A DNA stretch of 64,000 bases from contig CAXKVF010000073.1 of assembly GCA_964057225.1 (NCBI GenBank), positions 1,240,001 through 1,304,000 of the forward strand, in the 5' to 3' direction. The position numbers and the translations under genes were made by a program. Below the pieces are notes generated by a model. The model worked only from the letters and a program-made list of their open reading frames with translations, made no database searches and was not told where the DNA came from. This stretch comes from Auanema rhodensis. Taxonomy: Eukaryota; Animalia; Nematoda. Shown here in pieces: positions 56,134 through 64,000 of the stretch (its first letter is position 1; every line of letters starts with the position of its first letter).

Positions 56134-58422
56134 TACCAAGTGCACATCACGTGTACATTTAATTAGCATAAATTAAAGTTCACGTAAATTTCAAAGTCAT
56201 GGTTACCATGAACCAATATCGATAAAAATTTGTTTTTAGACTAATATGGACATGGGGAATCTAATTTCGAAAACCGCATCTCTTTATCTTTCACGTGAAG
56301 CGAGTTACATACCAAGTGCACATCACGTGTACATTTAATTAGCATAAATTAAAGTTCACGTAAATTTCAAAGTCATGGTTACCATGAACCAATATCAATA
56401 AAAATTTGTTTTTAGACTAATATGGACATGGGGAATCTAATTTTGAAAACCGCATCTCTTTATCTTTCACGTGAAGCGAGTTACATACCAAGTGCACATC
56501 ACGTGTACATTTAATTAGCATAAATTAAAGTTCACGTAAATTTCAAAGTCATGGTTACCATGAACCAATATCAATAAAAATTTGTTTTTAGACTAATATG
56601 GACATGGGGAATCTAATTTTGAAAACCGCATCTCTTTATCTTTCACGTGAAGCGAGTTACATACCAAGTGCACATCACGTGTACATTTAATTAGCATTAA
56701 TTAAAGTTCACGTAAATTTCAAAGTCATGGTTACCATGAACCAATATCAATAAAAATTTGTTTTTAGACTAATATGGACATGGGGAATCTAATTTTGAAA
56801 ACCGCATCTCTTTATCTTTCACGTGAAGCGAGTTACATACCAAGTGCACATCACGTGTACATTTAATTAGCATAAATTAAAGTTCACGTAAATTTCAAAG
56901 TCATGGTTACCATGAACTAATATCAATAAAAATTTGTTTTTAGACTAATATGGACATGGGGAATCTAATTTTGAAAAATCGCATCTCTTTATCTTTCACG
57001 TGAAGCGAGTTACATACCAAGTGCACATCACGTGTACATTTAATTAGCATAAATTAAAGTTCACGTAAATTTCAAAGTCATGGTTACCATGAAGCAATAT
57101 CAATGAAAATTTGTTTTTAGACTAATATGGACATGGGGAATCTAATTTTGAAAACCGCATCTCTTTATCTTTCACGTGAAGCGAGTTACATACCAAGTGC
57201 ACATCACGTGTACATTTAATTAGCATTAATTAAAGTTCACGTAAATTTCAAAGTCATGGTTACCATGAACCAATATCAATAAAAATTTGTTTTTAGACTA
57301 ATATGGACATGGGGAATCTAATTTTGAAAACCGCATCTCTTTATCTTTCACGTGAAGCGAGTTACATACCAAGTGCACATCACGTGTACATTTAATTAGC
57401 ATTAATTAAAGTTCACGTAAATTTCAAAGTCATGGTTACCATGAACCAATATCAATAAAAATTTGTTTTTAGACTAATATGGACATGGGGAATCTAATTT
57501 TGAAAACCGCATCTCTTTATCTTTCACGTGAAGCGAGTTACATACCAAGTGCACATCACGTGTACATTTAATTAGCATAAATTAAAGTTCACGTAAATTT
57601 CAAAGTCATGGTTACCATGAAGCAATATCAATAAAAATTTGTTTTTAGACTAATATGGACATGGGGAATCTAATTTTGAAAACCGCATCTCTTTATCTTT
57701 CACGTGGAGCGAGTTACATACCAAGTGCACATCACGTGTACATTTAATTAGCATTAATTAAAGTTCACGTAAATTTCAAAGTCATGGTTACCATGAACCA
57801 ATATCAATAAAAATTTGTTTTTAGACTAATATGGACATGGGGAATCTAATTTTGAAAACCGCATCTCTTTATCTTTCACGTGAAGCGAGTTACATACCAA
57901 GTGCACATCACGTGTACATTTAATTAGCATAAATTAAAGTTCACGTAAATTTCAAAGTCATGGTTACCATGAAGCAATATCAATAAAAATTTGTTTTTAG
58001 ACTAATATGGACATGGGGAATCTAATTTTGAAAACCGCATCTCTTTATTTTTCACGTGAAGCGAGTTACATACCAAGTGCACATCACGTGTACATTTAAT
58101 TAGCATAAATTAAAGTTCACGTAAATTTCAAAGTCATGGTTACCATGAACCAATATCAATAAAAATTTGTTTTTAGACTAATATGGACATGGGGAATCTA
58201 ATTTTGAAAACCGCATCTCTTTATCTTTCACGTGAAGCGAGTTACATACCAAGTGCACATCACGTGTACATTTAATTAGCATAAATTAAAGTTCACGTAA
58301 ATTTCAAAGTCATGGTTACCATGAACCAATATCGATAAAAATTTGTTTTTAGACTAATATGGACATGGGGAATCTAATTTCGAAAACCGCATCTCTTTAT
58401 CTTTCACGTGAAGCGAGTTACA
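54197..58422. repeat. Tandem duplication of a 12-monomer unit (2113 bp): 54197-56309 and 56310-58422
   Basis: The 177-bp monomer occurs at 54725 and 56838, and the A88G+T135C monomer at 56134 and 58247. The only difference I see is AGATCA at 56065-66, absent from the second copy. Confidence 0.9.
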
Positions 58423-60006
58423 TACCAAGTGCACATCACGTGTACATTTAATTAGCATAAATTAAAGTTCACGTAAATTTCAAAGTCATGGTTACCATGA
58501 AGCAATATCAATAAAAATTTGTTTTTAGACTAATATGGACATGGGGAATCTAATTTTGAAAACCGCATCTCTTTATCTTTCACGTGAAGCGAGTTACATA
58601 CCAAGTGCACATCACGTGTACATTTAATTAGCATAAATTAAAGTTCACGTAAATTTCAAAGTCATGGTTACCATGAACCAATATCAATAAAAATTTGTTT
58701 TTAGACTAATATGGACATGGGGAATCTAATTTTGAAAACCGCATCTCTTCATCTTTCACGTGAAGCGAGTTACATACCAAGTGCACATCACGTGTACATT
58801 TAATTAGCATAAATTAAAGTTCACGTAAATTTCAAAGTCATGGTTACCATGAACCAATATTAATAAAAATTTGTTTTTAGACTAATATAGACATGGGGAA
58901 TCTAATTTTGAAAACCGCATCTCTTTATCTTTCACGTGAAGCGAGTTACATACCAAGTGCACATCACGTGTACATTTAATTAGCATAAATTAAAGTTCAC
59001 GTAAATTTCAAAGTCATGGTTACCATGAAGCAATATCAATAAAAATTTGTTTTTAGACTAATATGGACATGGGGAATCTAATTTTGAAAACCGCATCTCT
59101 TTATCTTTCACGTGAAGCGAGTTACATACCAAGTGCACATCACGTGTACATTTAATTAGCATTAATTAAAGTTCACGTAAATTTCAAAGTCATGGTTACC
59201 ATGAACCAATATCAATAAAAATTTGTTTTTAGACTAATATGGACATGGGGAATCTAATTTTGAAAACCGCATCTCTTTATCTTTCACGTGAAGCGAGTTA
59301 CATACCAAGTGCACATCACGTGTACATTTAATTAGCATAAATTAAAGTTCACGTAAATTTCAAAGTCATGGTTACCATGAACTAATATCAATAAAAATTT
59401 GTTTTTAGACTAATATGGACATGGGGAATCTAATTTTGAAAACCGCATCTCTTTATCTTTCACGTGAAGCGAGTTACATACCAAGTGCACATCACGTGTA
59501 CATTTAATTAGCATAAATTAAAGTTCACGTAAATTTCAAAGTCATGGTTACCATGAACCAATATTAATAAAAATTTGTTTTTAGACTAATATAGACATGG
59601 GGAATCTAATTTTGAAAACCGCATCTCTTCATCTTTCACGTGAAGCGAGTTACATACCAAGTGCACATCACGTGTACATTTAATTAGCATAAATTAAAGT
59701 TCACGTAAATTGCAAAGTCATGGTTACCATGAACCAATATCAATAAAAATTTGTTTTTAGACTAATATGGACATGGGGAATCTAATTTTGAAAACCGCAT
59801 CTCTTCATCTTTCACGTGAAGCGAGTTACATACCAAGTGCACATCACGTGTACATTTAATTAGCATAAATTAAAGTTCACGTAAATTTCAAAGTCATGGT
59901 TACCATGAACCAATATTAATAAAAATTTGTTTTTAGACTAATATAGACATGGGGAATCTAATTTTGAAAACCGCATCTCTTTATCTTTCACGTGAAGCGA
60001 GTTACA

Positions 60007-62294
60007 TACCAAGTGCACATCACGTGTACATTTAATTAGCATAAATTAAAGTTCACGTAAATTTCAAAGTCATGGTTACCATGAACTAATATCAATAAAA
60101 ATTTGTTTTTAGACTAATATGGACATGGGGAATCTAATTTTGAAAACCGCATCTCTTTATCTTTCACGTGAAGCGAGTTACATACCAAGTGCACATCACG
60201 TGTACATTTAATTAGCATAAATTAAAGTTCACGTAAATTTCAAAGTCATGGTTACCATGAACTAATATCAATAAAAATTTGTTTTTAGACTAATATGGAC
60301 ATGGGGAATCTAATTTTGAAAACCGCATCTCTTTATCTTTCACGTGAAGCGAGTTACATACCAAGTGCACATCACGTGTACATTTAATTAGCATAAATTA
60401 AAGTTCACGTAAATTTCAAAGTCATGGTTACCATGCACCAATATCAATAAAAATTCGTTTTTAGACTAATATGGACATGGGGAATCTAATTTTGAAAACC
60501 GCATCTCTTCATCTTTCACGTGAAGCGAGTTACATACCAAGTGCACATCACGTGTACATTTAATTAGCATAAATTAAAGTTCACGTAAATTTCAAAGTCA
60601 TGGTTACCATGCACCAATATCAATAAAAATTTGTTTTTAGACTAATATGGACCTGGGGAATCTAATTTTGAAAACCGCATCTCTTCATCTTTCACGTGAA
60701 GCGAGTTACATACCAAGTGCACATCACGTGTACAATTAATTAGCATAAATTAAAGTTCACGTAAATTTCAAAGTCATGGTTACCATGCACCAATATCAAT
60801 AAAAATTTGTTTTTAGACTAATATGGACATGGGGAATCTAATTTTGAAAACCGCATCTCTTTATCTTTCACGTGAAGCGAGTTACATACCAAGTGCACAT
60901 CACGTGTACATTTAATTAGCATTAATTAAAGTTCACGTAAATTTCAAAGTCATGGTTACCATGAACCAATATCAATAAAAATTTGTTTTTAGACTAATAT
61001 GGACATGGGGAATCTAATTTTGAAAACCGCATCTCTTTATCTTTCACGTGAAGCGAGTTACATACCAAGTGCACATCACGTGTACATTTAATTAGCATAA
61101 ATTAAAGTTCACGTAAATTTCAAAGTCATGGTTACCATGAAGCAATATCAATAAAAATTTGTTTTTAGACTAATATGGACATGGGGAATCTAATTTTGAA
61201 AACCGCATCTCTTTATCTTTCACGTGAAGCGAGTTACATACCAAGTGCACATCACGTGTACATTTAATTAGCATTAATTAAAGTTCACGTAAATTTCAAA
61301 GTCATGGTTACCATGAACCAATATCAATAAAAATTTGTTTTTAGACTAATATGGACATGGGGAATCTAATTTTGAAAACCGCATCTCTTTATCTTTCACG
61401 TGAAGCGAGTTACATACCAAGTGCACATCACGTGTACATTTAATTAGCATAAATTAAAGTTCACGTAAATTTCAAAGTCATGGTTACCATGAACTAATAT
61501 CAATAAAAATTTGTTTTTAGACTAATATGGACATGGGGAATCTAATTTTGAAAACCGCATCTCTTTATCTTTCACGTGAAGCGAGTTACATACCAAGTGC
61601 ACATCACGTGTACATTTAATTAGCATAAATTAAAGTTCACGTAAATTTCAAAGTCATGGTTACCATGAACTAATATCAATAAAAATTTGTTTTTAGACTA
61701 ATATGGACATGGGGAATCTAATTTTGAAAACCGCATCTCTTTATCTTTCACGTGAAGCGAGTTACATACCAAGTGCACATCACGTGTACATTTAATTAGC
61801 ATAAATTAAAGTTCACGTAAATTTCAAAGTCATGGTTACCATGCACCAATATCAATAAAAATTCGTTTTTAGACTAATATGGACATGGGGAATCTAATTT
61901 TGAAAACCGCATCTCTTCATCTTTCACGTGAAGCGAGTTACATACCAAGTGCACATCACGTGTACATTTAATTAGCATAAATTAAAGTTCACGTAAATTT
62001 CAAAGTCATGGTTACCATGCACCAATATCAATAAAAATTTGTTTTTAGACTAATATGGACCTGGGGAATCTAATTTTGAAAACCGCATCTCTTCATCTTT
62101 CACGTGAAGCGAGTTACATACCAAGTGCACATCACGTGTACAATTAATTAGCATAAATTAAAGTTCACGTAAATTTCAAAGTCATGGTTACCATGCACCA
62201 ATATCAATAAAAATTTGTTTTTAGACTAATATGGACATGGGGAATCTAATTTTGAAAACCGCATCTCTTTATCTTTCACGTGAAGCGAGTTACA
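60007..62294. repeat. 5-monomer block repeated at 8-monomer (1408 bp) offset: 60007-60886 vs 61415-62294
   Basis: C81T, C81T, T98C+T152C, A119C+T152C and T25A appear in the same order in both. Confidence 0.88.
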
Positions 62295-64000
62295 TACCAA
62301 GTGCACATCACGTGTACATTTAATTAGCATAAATTAAAGTTCACGTAAATTTCAAAGTCATGGTTACCATGAACCAATATCAATAAAAATTTGTTTTTAG
62401 ACTAATATGGACATGGGGAATCTAATTTTGAAAACCGCATCTCTTTATCTTTCACGTGAAGCGAGTTACATACCAAGTGCACATCACGTGTACATTTAAT
62501 TAGCATAAATTAAAGTTCACATAAATTTCAAAGTCATGGTTACCATGAACCAATATCAATAAAAATTTGTTTTTAGACTAATATGGACATGGGGAATCTA
62601 ATTTTGAAAACCGCATCTCTTCATCTTTCACGTGAAGCGAGTTACATACCAAGTGCACATCACGTGTACATTTAATTAGCATAAATTAAAGTTCACGTAA
62701 ATTTCAAAGTCATGGTTACCATGCACCAATATCAATAAAAATTTGTTTTTAGACTAATATGGACATGGGGAATCTAATTTTGAAAACCGCATCTCTTTAT
62801 CTTTCACGTGAAGCGAGTTACATACCAAGTGCACATCACGTGTACATTTAATTAGCATAAATTAAAGTTCACGTAAATTTCAAAGTCATGGTTACCATGC
62901 ACCAATATCAATAAAAATTCGTTTTTAGACTAATATGGACATGGGGAATCTAATTTTGAAAACCGCATCTCTTCATCTTTCACGTGAAGCGAGTTACATA
63001 CCAAGTGCACATCACGTGTACTTTTAATTAGCATAAATTAAAGTTCACGTAAATTTCAAAGTCATGGTTACCATGCACCAATATCAATAAAAATTTGTTT
63101 TTAGACTAATATGGACATGGGGAATCTAATTTTGAAAACCGCATCTCTTTATCTTTCACGTGAAGCGAGTTACATACCAAGTGCACATCACGTGTACATT
63201 TAATTAGCATAAATTAAAGTTCACGTAAATTTCAAAGTCATGGTTACCATGAACCAATATCAATAAAAATTTGTTTTTAGACTAATATGGACATGGGGAA
63301 TCTAATTTTGAAAACCGCATCTCTTTATCTTTCACGTGAAGCGAGTTACATACCAAGTGCACATCACGTGTACATTTAATTAGCATAAATTAAAGTTCAC
63401 GTAAATTTCAAAGTCATGGTTACCATGAACCAATATCAATAAAAATTTGTTTTTAGACTAATATGGACATGGGGAATCTAATTTTGAAAACCGCATCTCT
63501 TCATCTTTCACGTGAAGCGAGTTACATACCAAGTGCACATCACGTGTACATTTAATTAGCATAAATTAAAGTTCACGTAAATTTCAAAGTCATGGTTACC
63601 ATGCACCAATATCAATAAAAATTTGTTTTTAGACTAATATGGACATGGGGAATCTAATTTTGAAAACCGCATCTCTTTATCTTTCACGTGAAGCGAGTTA
63701 CATACCAAGTGCACATCACGTGTACATTTAATTAGCATAAATTAAAGTTCACGTAAATTTCAAAGTCATGGTTACCATGAAGCAATATCAATAAAAATTT
63801 GTTTTTAGACTAATATGGAAATGAGGAATCTAATTTTGAAAACCGCATCTCTTTATCTTTCACGTGAAGCGAGTTACATACCAAGTGCACATCACGTGTA
63901 CATTTAATTAGCATAAATTAAAGTTCACGTAAATTTCAAAGTCATGGTTACCATGAACCAATATCAATAAAAATTTGTTTTTAGACTAATATGGACATGG
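61767..64000. repeat. Distal copy of the 32372-34659 block (runs off the window end)
   Basis: Offset is 29395 bp (167 monomers), with about five single-base differences over ~2.2 kb. Confidence 0.92.

Larger units (their letters stand above)
1..64000. repeat. Tandem satellite DNA array, 176-bp monomer, 363 full copies + 1 partial, single orientation, extends beyond both window ends
   Basis: TACCAAGTGC recurs at 1, 177, 881 (=1+5x176), 2641 and onward. The register can be followed to the last monomer start at 63879 once 10 indel-bearing monomers are accounted for. No unique sequence interrupts the array. Confidence 0.99.

Noticed and set aside
1-64000. Protein-coding repeat gene or long ORF
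   Set aside because: Plus-strand stops at consensus monomer positions 27, 31 and 41, and minus-strand stops (TTA) at 26, 30 and 40, close all six frames. Also, 176 is not a multiple of 3.
1-64000. CRISPR array or other repeat-spacer system
   Set aside because: There are no unique spacers. The whole monomer is repeated, and no cas or other genes are present.
1-64000. Rolling-circle/MDA concatemer or collapsed-assembly artefact
   Set aside because: Variants are inherited in ordered, nested blocks with regional territories, which random read error or a single circular template would not produce. Individual exact duplications still need read support.
1-64000. Information-encoding or programmed variant code in the C/A/G/T states at positions 78-81
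   Set aside because: The patterns are fully explained by block duplication and local spread. No reading frame or targeting logic is evident.
1-64000. Telomeric repeats, strand inversions or embedded transposons
   Set aside because: None seen. The monomer register is continuous from start to end.

Overview
The whole 64 kb is one uninterrupted head-to-tail tandem array of a 176-bp, AT-rich (57/176 = ~32% GC) satellite monomer: 363 complete copies plus a 122-bp partial, all in the same orientation and usually within 0-4 substitutions of the consensus. There are no genes. Stop codons in all six frames fall within positions 26-43 of the consensus monomer, and I see no RNA genes, transposon insertions or CRISPR spacers. 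The nucleosome-sized monomer, high homogeneity and array length fit a eukaryotic centromeric, pericentromeric or subtelomeric satellite. I do not recognise the family or organism. The informative signal is in the variants, read by eye and numbered by monomer position. They show (i) a patchwork of local block duplications at offsets of 8 to 20 monomers, whose order can partly be dated; (ii) a 13-monomer block repeated 29.4 kb away; (iii) directional turnover of alleles along the array; (iv) 40 kb with no net indel; and (v) a monomer rich in dyad symmetry, with three helically phased TCACGT cores and two spreading alleles that each lengthen a palindrome. I found no evidence of a new protein-coding system. 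Any novelty lies in a possibly undescribed satellite family and its array dynamics.
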